Source: Thermoplasmata archaeon (lineage in GTDB: Archaea > Thermoplasmatota > Thermoplasmata > Lutacidiplasmatales > UBA184). Taken from it: a stretch of DNA of 64,000 bases. Under the pieces are notes generated by a model that searched no databases, had not been told where the DNA came from, and saw only the letters and a list, made by a program, of their open reading frames with translations. Shown piece by piece: positions 17,194-26,479 of this stretch (positions within the stretch are counted from its first letter, which is position 1; each line of letters opens with the position of its first letter). The translations under genes were made by a program, and so were the position numbers. The stretch lies in NCBI GenBank assembly GCA_052326305.1, contig JBKQPJ010000015.1, positions 35,208-99,207 on the forward strand, read 5' to 3'.

Positions 17194-19968
17194 ATGGCGG
17201 TCGGACGACTCGTCGGGCGGGCGGCCCTCGTTTGCTTGGTGGTCGGGGCGCTGATGTCGGTCGGCGTCATCGCGCCGTCCTCCCCGGCGCGGACGGACGC
17301 CCCGCCGGTCGTCGCGTTCGCGGGGCCGTGTTCCCATGCGACCGCGCCCGAAGCGCCCTCCGGCGTAGTGACGGTGGAGGGGGGGCCGCTCCCGGCGACG
17401 GCCGCCTCGGGAGTGACCGTCGACTACTCGTACAGCTACGAGCTGCGGCTGGTGAACAACGCGACCGGCGCGGTCCTCGCGGTCAACTGCGATCGGCGCA
17501 CGGTGACCGCGACGACCGACCCCACCGGGGCGTTCGAGCTGCTCGCGCAGATCCCGTCGAACGACTGCGGTTCCGTCCCCCGGTTCTGCACCTACACGAC
17601 CGGGCCCTTCGGGCCGTTCTCCGTCGGCCTGAGCGCCCCGCCGCCCGTCGGCTACGCTTCCTCGGTCTCGGGAGGCCCGAGCACGTTCGCGATATCGGAA
17701 GTGTACGAGCTGGCCGAGGTGCGCGTCTCGCCGGAAGGACCCACCCTTACCGTCGCCCCGGGGGCGCCGACCACGTTCACCGCGGAGGGGTTCATGGCGA
17801 ACGGGTCGGAGACCCCCCTCGAGGCCACCTTCTCCTGGTCGCTGAACGGGAGCGGATGGTCGTTCCCCTCCGCTCCGTCGGGACCCACCGCCACGGTCCT
17901 CGCCGTTCCGGGGGCCGGGGTCGGCGCTCTCGAGGTCGCGGCGACGGCCGGGGTCCCGGGGGCCACCCTCGCCCCGCCGCCGGTCCACCTCACGCTCCTC
18001 CAGCAGTCGACCGCGATCGAGGAGGCGGAGCTCGACCGTACGACCGTCGACGCGAACTCGACGATCGTCGCCCATCTTGTCGCCGTCGGGGCGGCCGGGT
18101 ACCCGTACTCCGCGACCGTCGCCCCCGGGTTGGGGCTTCGGCCGGTGGCCGCGTCGTGCGTCTCGGATCCCTCCGGGGCCGGGACGACGAACGTCAGCTG
18201 CTCGGCGAACCTCACGTACCCCTTCCCGGGGATCGCCCAACCGACCGCCCGGCTCACGAACGGCTATTCGTCGACCACCTGGCAGTACCCGGACGTGACG
18301 ATCGATCCTCCTCCGGTGCTGTCGGCGGAGCCGGGAGCTCCCGTCGGCTACGCCGCGTCCCCGCTGCCGATCGAGCTCGTCGCCGCGACCGGTTCGGGGG
18401 CGCCTCCCTACTCCCGCGCCTGCCTCGAGCTCGCGACCCAGCGGACGAGTTGTGAGATCGCGCCGGGCCCCACGTGGAGGTTCCTTCCCACGTTCCCCGC
18501 GCCCGGCGACTACGTCGCCCTGGGCTGGGCCTTCGATTCGGAGGGCGCCAACGCGTCGACCTCCTTCACCGTCACCGTCGTCCCTCCCCTCGCCGTGGGA
18601 TCGATCGGCGTCGACCCCGGGAACGTGACCGCGGGGACCGCCGTGGCGCTGACCGCCACGATCTCGGGGGGAGACCTTCCCCTGCGGTACTGGTGGAACG
18701 CCTCCGACCTCGGCGGATCGATCGTCGCCGGGACCTCCTACGAGGACGGCGTGATCTCGGTCGACCTCGTCGCGCCCGCGCCGGCCGCGGTGTCGGTATC
18801 GCTCACGGTCATCGACGCGCTCGGGACGTTCGCGGAGGCCGACCGGCTGCTCTCCGTCGGTCCGGAGGCGGCGATCACCCTCGCCGTCATCGACCCACCG
18901 CCGGCCACCACGGTCGTCGCGGGGTCCCCGTTCGATGTGGCGTGGGAGGCGATCGACCGGTCGGGGGCCCCGGTCCGAGGCTTCGGGTCGACGGCCGAGA
19001 TCCTCCTCTCGCTCTCCGGTACGCCGGCGGCCGGCCACGTCAACGCCTCCGGGCTCGGACCGCTTCCCTCGCTCGGGAACGGGTCGTACGGCGTCCCGAC
19101 GACCGGCTGGGTGGGCGGGGTCCTGAACCTTTCCGTCACGGTCACGACCGCGGGGGTCCTCACCGTCGCCCTCACGGGGCCGGGGCTCCCCGGGCCGGCC
19201 AGCTCGTTGGCGGTCGCGATCGCCCCGGACCGCGCCCACCTCCGGCTCCTCGACCCGGTCGTGGCGGTCCGCGGGAGCCGCACGAACTCTACGTTCTGGC
19301 ACGTCATGGATCGCTTCGGCAACCCCGCGACCGGTGCCCTCGTGACCGTCCGGCTCGACTGGGGACCGGCGAGCGAGACCGCCCTCGTCGCCACCGTCCC
19401 GGGGGCGAACGGCACGACGGGCGCGTGGGTGAACTTCTCCGCCCCGGGGCCGGGCGGCGGCCAGCTGACCGTTCTCGATTCCTCCGGCGAGGCGCTCCTC
19501 GGGCCGCTCGAGATACCCCCGGCCGCCGCTCCCTCCTCGGTCAGTGCGGCGACCGTGACGCTCGCCGCTGCCGTGCCCCTCGGCGCGATCGGGGCGGCGT
19601 GGGCCGGCCTCGTGCGACGCCGCTCCCGGCTGCGCTCCCACCCCCCGGGCGACGAGGCGGAGCTCCGGCGCCTGGCCGAGGGACGCGCCCAGGCCGTCGA
19701 GATCGTGCGACGGGCCGGGACGGCCGACCTCGCCGAGATCGAGGCGGCCTGGCGACCCCCGCCCGCCCCGACGGACCTACCCGAATGGATCGCCTCGCTC
19801 GTGACCGACGGAACCTTCGGTGCGACGCTCGGGAACGACGGCCACGCCCGGTTCTGCCTGGCGGCCGGGCCCCGCCCCGATCCCCAGGTGACGGTCGATC
19901 CCGAGGAACTCGACCGGGCCCTGCACCGCCGGGACGAGGTCCTCGGCGACGAAGGCCCCGGGCCCTAG
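17194..19968 (+). CDS. Cell-surface glycoprotein (S-layer-like) with N-terminal signal/TM segment, at least 15 N-X-S/T sequons and a C-terminal TM anchor plus cytoplasmic tail
   Basis: The N-terminal hydrophobic stretch is AALVCLVVGALMSVGVIA. Sequons seen include NAT, NGS (several), NST, NVS, NLT, NAS, NVT, NGT and NFS. The C-terminus has a TM helix (TVTLAAAVPLGAIGAAWAGLV) followed by RRRSR and a roughly 100 aa tail. Confidence 0.75.
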   Translation: MAVGRLVGRAALVCLVVGALMSVGVIAPSSPARTDAPPVVAFAGPCSHATAPEAPSGVVTVEGGPLPATAASGVTVDYSYSYELRLVNNATGAVLAVNCDRRTVTATTDPTGAFELLAQIPSNDCGSVPRFCTYTTGPFGPFSVGLSAPPPVGYASSVSGGPSTFAISEVYELAEVRVSPEGPTLTVAPGAPTTFTAEGFMANGSETPLEATFSWSLNGSGWSFPSAPSGPTATVLAVPGAGVGALEVAATAGVPGATLAPPPVHLTLLQQSTAIEEAELDRTTVDANSTIVAHLVAVGAAGYPYSATVAPGLGLRPVAASCVSDPSGAGTTNVSCSANLTYPFPGIAQPTARLTNGYSSTTWQYPDVTIDPPPVLSAEPGAPVGYAASPLPIELVAATGSGAPPYSRACLELATQRTSCEIAPGPTWRFLPTFPAPGDYVALGWAFDSEGANASTSFTVTVVPPLAVGSIGVDPGNVTAGTAVALTATISGGDLPLRYWWNASDLGGSIVAGTSYEDGVISVDLVAPAPAAVSVSLTVIDALGTFAEADRLLSVGPEAAITLAVIDPPPATTVVAGSPFDVAWEAIDRSGAPVRGFGSTAEILLSLSGTPAAGHVNASGLGPLPSLGNGSYGVPTTGWVGGVLNLSVTVTTAGVLTVALTGPGLPGPASSLAVAIAPDRAHLRLLDPVVAVRGSRTNSTFWHVMDRFGNPATGALVTVRLDWGPASETALVATVPGANGTTGAWVNFSAPGPGGGQLTVLDSSGEALLGPLEIPPAAAPSSVSAATVTLAAAVPLGAIGAAWAGLVRRRSRLRSHPPGDEAELRRLAEGRAQAVEIVRRAGTADLAEIEAAWRPPPAPTDLPEWIASLVTDGTFGATLGNDGHARFCLAAGPRPDPQVTVDPEELDRALHRRDEVLGDEGPGP

Positions 19969-21257
19969 GACGGCTCCCGGCCGACGAGGTCGTAGAACCG
20001 GTACGCCGCCTCGCCCGCGGCGAAGCAGTACTTTAGGGTCGTGAAACCGCGCTTGAGCTCCGCCGCCCCCGCGGCGACCTCTGCCGGGGGGCGGCCGCGG
20101 TGCAAAAGGTCGTCGAGCAACCCGGCGATCCGCTCCATCTCCCGCGGGCCCATGCCGAGCCGGGTCACCTCCGGCGTGCCGAGCCGGATCCCCCCCGGCT
20201 GCTTCGGGCTGCGGTCCCCGGGCAGCAGGTTCTTGTTCGAGATGATCCCGACGCCCGCGAGCCGGCGAGCGACCTCCGCCCCGCCGCCCTCGCGTTCTAC
20301 CCGGACCGCGAGCGTGTGGGAGCGGGTGAACCCTAGGTCGGCGGCGAGCACGTCGAACCCCCGGGCGTGGAGGGCCCCCGCGAGGGCCTGCGCGTTCTCC
20401 ACCGTGCGGTGGGCGTACTCCCGCCCGAACTCGAGGTGCTCGGCGAGGCTCACGGCGAGCGCCGCCATCGCGTTCAGGTGGTGGTTGCTCGTGACCCCGG
20501 GGAACGCCCCGGACTGGAGCCGTTGGGCGACCTCGGGAGGGAGCCCCTCGCCGAGGAGGATCCCGTGCTGCGGGCCGGGGAGGGTCTTGTGGGTCGAGGC
20601 GCTGATCACGGAGCACCCCTCGCGCAGCGGGTCCTGGAACTCGCCGCCCGCGATCAGGCCGAGGACGTGCGCGCCGTCATACCAGCCCCGCGCTCCGATC
20701 TCCTCGAGCGTCGGGCGCAGCTCGTCGATCGGCATCGGGAACAGGAACAGCGATAGCCCGAAGAGGCACGTCTTGGGGCGCACGGCCCGGAGGATCTCCC
20801 GGGTGCGGGGCACGTCGATCGTCATCCGCGATTCGTCCCAGGCGTAGTAGACCGGTTTCACCCCGCGCAGCCCGAACGCCCCGAACGCGGCGCTCGAGAT
20901 GTGCGCCCCGTCGGCGAGGCGGCTCGTTCCCACGAGGTCCCCGGGCTCGGCGAGCGCCTTCAGGACCGCGAGGTTCGCGACGGTCCCGGACGTCGGACGC
21001 ACGTCGGCGAACGAGCACCGGAACAGCCGGCGGGCGAGCTCCAGGCAGAGGATCTCGACCTCGTCGACCTGCTCGTTCCCTTCGTAGTACCGCTCCCCCG
21101 GCAATCCCTCGGCGTACCGGGAGTGGAGGTCGGAGATCAGGAGCTCCTTCGCGTACGGAGAGAGGAGGTTCTCGCTCGCGATCAGCGGGATCGCCCGCTC
21201 GAAGCGCTCGGTATGCCTTCGGACCGTCGCCCGGATCCGGGCCACGGTCTGGGCCAT
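19965..21257 (-). CDS. glyA: Serine hydroxymethyltransferase
   Basis: Contains IPLIASEN, the PLP-Lys region (TSTHKTLPGPQHG) and the full SHMT layout. I take the start as MAQTVARIRAT at 21257, an internal Met of the ORF 19965..21434. The Met at 21317 is an alternative start. Confidence 0.9.
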   Translation of the reverse strand: MAQTVARIRATVRRHTERFERAIPLIASENLLSPYAKELLISDLHSRYAEGLPGERYYEGNEQVDEVEILCLELARRLFRCSFADVRPTSGTVANLAVLKALAEPGDLVGTSRLADGAHISSAAFGAFGLRGVKPVYYAWDESRMTIDVPRTREILRAVRPKTCLFGLSLFLFPMPIDELRPTLEEIGARGWYDGAHVLGLIAGGEFQDPLREGCSVISASTHKTLPGPQHGILLGEGLPPEVAQRLQSGAFPGVTSNHHLNAMAALAVSLAEHLEFGREYAHRTVENAQALAGALHARGFDVLAADLGFTRSHTLAVRVEREGGGAEVARRLAGVGIISNKNLLPGDRSPKQPGGIRLGTPEVTRLGMGPREMERIAGLLDDLLHRGRPPAEVAAGAAELKRGFTTLKYCFAAGEAAYRFYDLVGREPS

Positions 21258-21370
21258 CTCGCCCGGCGCCGGTGGGGAGACCCCCACCCCCCCACTGCCA
21301 CTGGAACCCGGAGTCATCGAGGTCCTGCCGGACGGGCCACGCCGTCCGGCGGTTCCGCACCCGCTCGAGC

Positions 21371-21380
21371 CCATATATGG
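21371..21380. promoter_or_regulatory. Palindromic TATA element (CCATATATGG) shared by the divergent glyA and thioesterase genes
   Basis: It sits 24-33 bp upstream of the thioesterase ATG at 21404. On the other strand it lies upstream of the candidate glyA starts. Confidence 0.5.
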
Positions 21381-21403
21381 ACCCCGGGTCTCCCGACCCG
21401 GAC

Positions 21404-21862
21404 ATGGAGGAGCCGCCACCGGACCCGGTCCCATGGCGGGTCCGGCGCCGGTTCTACGTCCCGTACCACGACATCGACGTGCTAGGCCATCTCAACCACG
21501 TCGCGTACTTTCCGATGATGGAGACGCTCCGGTGCGACTACTACCTGCCGATGCTCGGTACCCCGGGACCGGCATCGCTCGACATCATCGTCGCCGAAGC
21601 GACGTGCCGGTACCTCGCACCGGTCGCCTACGGGGCCGAACTGCTCGGCGAGGTCGCCCCCGCCCGACCGATCGGCCGGACGAGCTTCGTCCTCCTCTAC
21701 CGGTTCCGGGACGTCGCCACCGGGACCCTCACAGCTCGGGGCCGGACCGTGATCGTCACCTATGACTACCCTGCCAAGGCGAAGGCCCCCATTCCCCCGG
21801 ACCGACGGGAACATATGGTCCGCGATGCGGTCGATCCGCGGCACGAAGGTTGGCCGTCCTAG
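21404..21862 (+). CDS. Hotdog-fold acyl-CoA thioesterase (4HBT/YbgC-like)
   Basis: Contains YHDIDVLGHLNHVAYFPMMETL...IVAEATCRYLAPV. I place the start at the internal ATG at 21404, about 27 bp downstream of the TATA. Confidence 0.7.
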   Translation: MEEPPPDPVPWRVRRRFYVPYHDIDVLGHLNHVAYFPMMETLRCDYYLPMLGTPGPASLDIIVAEATCRYLAPVAYGAELLGEVAPARPIGRTSFVLLYRFRDVATGTLTARGRTVIVTYDYPAKAKAPIPPDRREHMVRDAVDPRHEGWPS

Positions 21863-22310
21863 GCTCCACTGGAAATGGAGGGGTGGGGGTCGGGCGGAGG
21901 GCCGCCGCGGGACCGGGCCTCGGCCCGGCGGCGTGCTAGGCCAGCAGGATTGCCGTCCGGACGGACCGCGCGGAACCCTCGCAGGCTCCTCAGCCCCGTT
22001 GCCCCGCCAGCGTCGACGGGTCACGGTAAGGCTGCTCCCGTCAGGACCTGACCCGATGCCCGTGATGGATACCCGCTAGGGCGCTCCTCCGAGCGCTCGT
22101 CGCGGAGCCCGCGGCCCGGCGGAACAGGACGTCTACGAAGCCACGCGAGGCGCGTGATTCGTCCGGACGTCGCTCCTGCCTGTCACCCCCGCTAAGGACG
22201 GTTTCGGTGTGTAAGGGGACGCCCAACCCCCCGGTCTAGCCTAGCGAAGGTACGACGCCCCGGCTCCTACATAGCCCTTGGCGTGCCGGCCCGGACGCCT
22301 CCGGCCCGCC

Positions 22311-24545
22311 CTAGCGGATGTGTTCGAGGCTGAACGAGCCGAGGTTGAAGGAGCGTTTCGTGAACGTGTAGCCGACCCAGCTGCGGGCCTGGGCCTCGCC
22401 GATCCCGCGCACCGAAAGGAACGTCTTCATCTGCTCGACCTTGAGGTTCAGCGAGCCGTCGACCATGTGCTCGAGGGTCTCCATGTCCGACTCCGAGTGC
22501 ATGCCGCTGTCGAGGATGTAGTACCCGACCGCCGTGTCGAGCTTGCGGCGTCCGATGAACGGCTGCAGGAATCGGAACGTCGACGCCGAGTCCATGTAGG
22601 CCGTGATCGTCGAGACCGATTCGAAGATCAGGCGGTACGTCGAGTGCTTTTCCTTGAGCTCCTCCGCGATCCCGTTGACCGACTGGCCGAGCTGCTCGAG
22701 GACCCCCTTGTCGGTGGAAGAGAGGAGGCGAACGCCGGGGCCCGAGATCGTAGAGCCGACCGACCGGGAGTACAGGTCGACGTACCGGATCATCCCGTTC
22801 TTCTCCGCCTCCGCGTAGGCGGGGTAGAGGGCCACGAGGTCGTCCCGGACCTGGCCGAAGGTCTTGTCCGTCACGACCCAGATCGACGGGATGCCCACGC
22901 GGAGCCCCTCGACGCTGAAGAGGCGCGCGAGCACGTCCTTCCCCGTGTGCGCCGGACCGTTCACCATGACCTGGACCCCCGGGGGGAATCCGCCGAACAG
23001 CAGGTCGTCGAGCCGTCGGACCCCGCTCTTCACCTTGCTCGATTGCGCAGCGGTGACGCTCTCCTCGTGCATCCGGTCCGCCTCGGCCTCCGCCGTCTTT
23101 CCCGAGAGGCGCTCGAGCTCCTGGATCCGCTCCAGCATCTGGCCCTCCCGGGCCTTCAGTTCGGCCTCCTTCTGGGAGAGCTCGTGCCGCAGGTCCTCGA
23201 GCCGCTGGGCCTCGCTGACGGCGACCACCGAACCGCTCGCGTTCAGCCCGCGTCGGATCTCCTCGAGGCGACGGGCCTCGATGTCGAGCGCCTGCCGTCG
23301 GGTCTGGAGCTGCTGGTCGTAGGCGGCGAGCTCCCGCTCCTTGAACTCGATCGGGCCCCGGCGCCGTTCGACCTCCTCGGCGCTGATCCGGATCTCCTCG
23401 AACTTGGCCCGCAGCTCGTTCTCCCGGCCGACGAGGTCGCGCTGGCGCTGGGCGATCTCCTCGAGGCGTTTGGCCGTCTCGGCATCGATCTGCCCGGCGC
23501 GCGAACTGACCATCGATTCGCGTTCCTTGGCCTGCTCGGTCTCGCCGACGAGGCGTCGGACGTCCCCTTCGAGCTGGACGACCCGGCGGCGCAGCTCCGT
23601 CTCCCGCTCGATGTACTCGTGCTCCCGGTCGGCGAACTCCTCGCGAAGGCGGGTGTCGCCCTCCCCCGGCCGGGCCGCCGGGGCGGCGGGCCCCGGGGGG
23701 GCCCCGGCCCCGTCGATCCCGGGGGCCGGGCGGGGCGTCGTCTCGCCCAGGGCGGAGAGGCGGAGCCGGAGCTCCTCGAGCTCCTTTTCCTTCTCGCGGA
23801 CGGCCGTCTCGCGCTCCTTGGCCTCGCGCGAACGAACGTACTTGATCACGGCGATCGAGCCCCGCTTGACGTGCTCGACCTGGTCCTCGAGCGTCTTGCG
23901 CCGGGTGCGCTCGTCGTAGAGCTGGCGCTGGAGGTCCTGGACCTCCTGGATCATCGCGGCCGGATCGAACTGGTCCGACTTCACCCGGTCGAGCAGCCCG
24001 GTGAGCCAGCGGACGACCGTCTCCTCCCGGTCGCTCACCGCCGGGCCGGCGGCGATCTCCGCGCCGGACCGGTGCCCTCCGTCCTCCGACCGGGCGGACG
24101 ACGGTCGCACCGGGGCGGCGATCCCCCCGCCGGCCCCTTCGGAGGACTGGATCCAGTCCTCCATCGCCCGATCGTCGCCGCCGACCCACTTGCGGAGGAC
24201 GTCGGCCGAGTCCTTCGGGGCGGAGGCGACCTTCCGACGACGGGGTCGGTCCGTCTGCCGCACCATGCCGGCCCACCGCTCGACGAGCTGTTCGCTCTGG
24301 GCGGCCGCCGTGGGGTCGGAACCGCCGGCGGGCGGGGCGGCGTGGATCGCGGAGCGTTCCTGGACGTCCGCGCCGAGGCGTTCGAGATCCTCGACCGAGA
24401 GGCCGCGGACCGCCTCCGGGGTCGGGAAACCGGCCTCGACGAAGCGCCGGGCGGTCTCCGGACGGATCCCGAGCGACCGGGCGAGCTCCTGCTCCGGCGA
24501 CGACGGACCGGGCGCGGCAGGCACGATCTCCGTCGAGCCGTCCAT
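22311..24545 (-). CDS. KaiC/RadA-like RecA-superfamily ATPase with N-terminal HhH-like segment and long coiled-coil
   Basis: The C-terminal domain reads RLDDLLFGGFPPGVQVMVNGPAHTGKDVLARLF (KaiC-type Walker A). The middle roughly 350 aa are heptad-rich, charged E/R/K/L coiled-coil. The N-terminus has SLGIRPETARRFVEAGFPTPEAVRGLSVEDLERLG. I take the start as the Met at 24545. Confidence 0.7.
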   Translation of the reverse strand: MDGSTEIVPAAPGPSSPEQELARSLGIRPETARRFVEAGFPTPEAVRGLSVEDLERLGADVQERSAIHAAPPAGGSDPTAAAQSEQLVERWAGMVRQTDRPRRRKVASAPKDSADVLRKWVGGDDRAMEDWIQSSEGAGGGIAAPVRPSSARSEDGGHRSGAEIAAGPAVSDREETVVRWLTGLLDRVKSDQFDPAAMIQEVQDLQRQLYDERTRRKTLEDQVEHVKRGSIAVIKYVRSREAKERETAVREKEKELEELRLRLSALGETTPRPAPGIDGAGAPPGPAAPAARPGEGDTRLREEFADREHEYIERETELRRRVVQLEGDVRRLVGETEQAKERESMVSSRAGQIDAETAKRLEEIAQRQRDLVGRENELRAKFEEIRISAEEVERRRGPIEFKERELAAYDQQLQTRRQALDIEARRLEEIRRGLNASGSVVAVSEAQRLEDLRHELSQKEAELKAREGQMLERIQELERLSGKTAEAEADRMHEESVTAAQSSKVKSGVRRLDDLLFGGFPPGVQVMVNGPAHTGKDVLARLFSVEGLRVGIPSIWVVTDKTFGQVRDDLVALYPAYAEAEKNGMIRYVDLYSRSVGSTISGPGVRLLSSTDKGVLEQLGQSVNGIAEELKEKHSTYRLIFESVSTITAYMDSASTFRFLQPFIGRRKLDTAVGYYILDSGMHSESDMETLEHMVDGSLNLKVEQMKTFLSVRGIGEAQARSWVGYTFTKRSFNLGSFSLEHIR

Positions 24546-24637
24546 GGGTCCCGGACCCGTCCTAGCGCTACGTAAGGTCATAATATGTCCCTCGGACGGT
24601 CGCCGGAACGGGCGCCGGCGCCGGCGGTACGTTACGG

Positions 24638-24647
24638 GATAAATACC
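24638..24647 (+). promoter_or_regulatory. TATA box (GATAAATACC) for tyrS
   Basis: It sits about 25 bp upstream of the GTG start at 24667. Confidence 0.5.
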
Positions 24648-24666
24648 GGCCGGCCTCAGGCTAACC

Positions 24667-25737
24667 GTGGACATCGACGAGCGCGTCGACCGGGTCGTTC
24701 GCTACACCGTCGAGGTGCTGACGCCCGACGAGGTCCGCGCGCTCTTCGAGCGGACCGACCGTCCGAGGGCGTACATCGGGTTCGAGCCGTCCGGCGCACT
24801 CACCGTCGCCCACCTGATCACCGCCCGGAAGATCCGCGACCTCGCCGAGGCCGGATGTGACGTCACCATCCTCCTCGCCGACTGGCACGCCTGGATCAAC
24901 GACAAGCTCGGAGGAAGCCTCGAGCGAATCGACGCGGCGGGTCGGTACATGCAGGCGACCTTCGAGGCGCTCGGAGCCGACCCGGGGCGCGTCCGGTTCC
25001 GGTGGGCCCACGAGCTCTCCGGCGATTCCGACTACTGGGCCCGGGTCGTGCGCGTGGCGAAAGCGACCACGCTCGCCCGCACGAAGCGGGCGATGTCGAT
25101 CATGGGTCGGTCCGAGGAGGAGTCGAACCTCGACACGTCGAAGCTCTTCTATCCGGCCATGCAGGCCGCCGACATCTTCGAGCTCCCCGTCGACCTCGCC
25201 TACGGAGGGATCGACCAGCGACGCGCGCACGTCCTCGCGCGGGAGGTCGCGCACCATTACTCCTGGCCGGTGCCGGCCGCCGTGCACACGCCCCTCCTCT
25301 CGTCGTTGAAGGGCGGTGCCCGGATGGACCCGGTCGAGGGGCTCATCGAAGGAAAGATGTCGAAGTCCGACCCGGGCACGGGGATCCCGATCCCGGCCGA
25401 GCGGTCCGAGATCGCATCGCGGATCGCCTCGGCGTTCTGCGAGGCGAAGACGGTCGAGGGGAACCCGATCGTCGAGGTCGTCCGGTACATCGTCTTCCCG
25501 TGGGAGGGGCGCCTCGCGATCGAGCGCGCCGAGAAGCACGGCGGTCCGGTGGCGTTCGAATCGGTCGACGAATTCCTCTCGGCGTGGCGGGACGGAAAGC
25601 TCCACCCGCAGGATCTCAAGTTGGCCGTCACGGCGGCGCTCGACCGGCTGGTCGAGCCGGCGCGACGGCATTTCCGGGCCCATCCCGATCTCTCGCCCGC
25701 TTCGTTCGCCCCGCGCCCGGAGGCGCGGGCCGGCTGA
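24667..25737 (+). CDS. tyrS: Tyrosine--tRNA ligase, archaeal type
   Basis: Matches IGFEPSGALTVAHL...ILLADWHAWINDK and KMSKS, i.e. a class I aaRS with an archaeal TyrRS N-terminus. GTG start. Confidence 0.9.
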   Translation: MDIDERVDRVVRYTVEVLTPDEVRALFERTDRPRAYIGFEPSGALTVAHLITARKIRDLAEAGCDVTILLADWHAWINDKLGGSLERIDAAGRYMQATFEALGADPGRVRFRWAHELSGDSDYWARVVRVAKATTLARTKRAMSIMGRSEEESNLDTSKLFYPAMQAADIFELPVDLAYGGIDQRRAHVLAREVAHHYSWPVPAAVHTPLLSSLKGGARMDPVEGLIEGKMSKSDPGTGIPIPAERSEIASRIASAFCEAKTVEGNPIVEVVRYIVFPWEGRLAIERAEKHGGPVAFESVDEFLSAWRDGKLHPQDLKLAVTAALDRLVEPARRHFRAHPDLSPASFAPRPEARAG

Positions 25738-25747
25738 GGACCGATCG

Positions 25748-26455
25748 ATGGCCGCCGGCGAACCCGACCTCTACGCGGCCGAGGGCCCGGTGGGCGTCGT
25801 CGTCATCCATGAGGTGTTCGGGCGAGACGAGTACGTCGGCTCGGTCGGGCGCGCGCTCGCCACCGCCGGCTTCGCCGCCGCGACGGTCGACCTGTACCAC
25901 GGGCGCCACGCCGGGACCCTCGACGAGGCGCTCGCCCTCCGCGGGGCCCTCGACGAAGGCACGGTCCTCTCCCAGCTCGACGCCGCGGGGGCGGCCCTGC
26001 GCTCGATGCCGCGGCCACCGACGCGCGTCGGCCTCCTCGGGTTCTGCATGGGCGGCGGGTTCGCGCTGCTCGGGGCGTGCCGGCGGCCGTTCGACTTCGC
26101 CGTCGACTACTACGGGCGGATCGACCGGGCGGAGGAGATCGACGGGGCCGTGGGGCCCGTCCTCCTGCTCCTCGCCTCCGAGGACGAGCGCGTCACGCCG
26201 TGGGCGTTCTCGGAGCTCCTTCCGGCGGCACGGAAGTCGAAGAAGCGGGTCACGGTCGAACTGTACCCCGGGGTCCGGCATGCTTTCCACCGACCGGGCT
26301 GGGAGGGGCACGATCCCTCGGCGGCGCGGGATGCGTGGAGCCGCACCCTGGGTTTCCTGCGGGAGCAGCAGCCCGGCGGCGGGAGCGGCCGTTCCGGACG
26401 CGACGGCCCGCGCCGCTCGGCGCGCCAGAGCGTGCGGCACGGGCATCGTAGTTAA
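25748..26455 (+). CDS. Dienelactone hydrolase family protein
   Basis: MAAGEPDLYAAEGPVGVVVIHEVFGRDEYV... matches DLH layout with a GFCMGGG nucleophile elbow. I place the start at the internal ATG at 25748 of ORF 25316..26455. Confidence 0.75.
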   Translation: MAAGEPDLYAAEGPVGVVVIHEVFGRDEYVGSVGRALATAGFAAATVDLYHGRHAGTLDEALALRGALDEGTVLSQLDAAGAALRSMPRPPTRVGLLGFCMGGGFALLGACRRPFDFAVDYYGRIDRAEEIDGAVGPVLLLLASEDERVTPWAFSELLPAARKSKKRVTVELYPGVRHAFHRPGWEGHDPSAARDAWSRTLGFLREQQPGGGSGRSGRDGPRRSARQSVRHGHRS

Positions 26456-26479
26456 ATCCTCCCTGGACGGGCCATTCTC

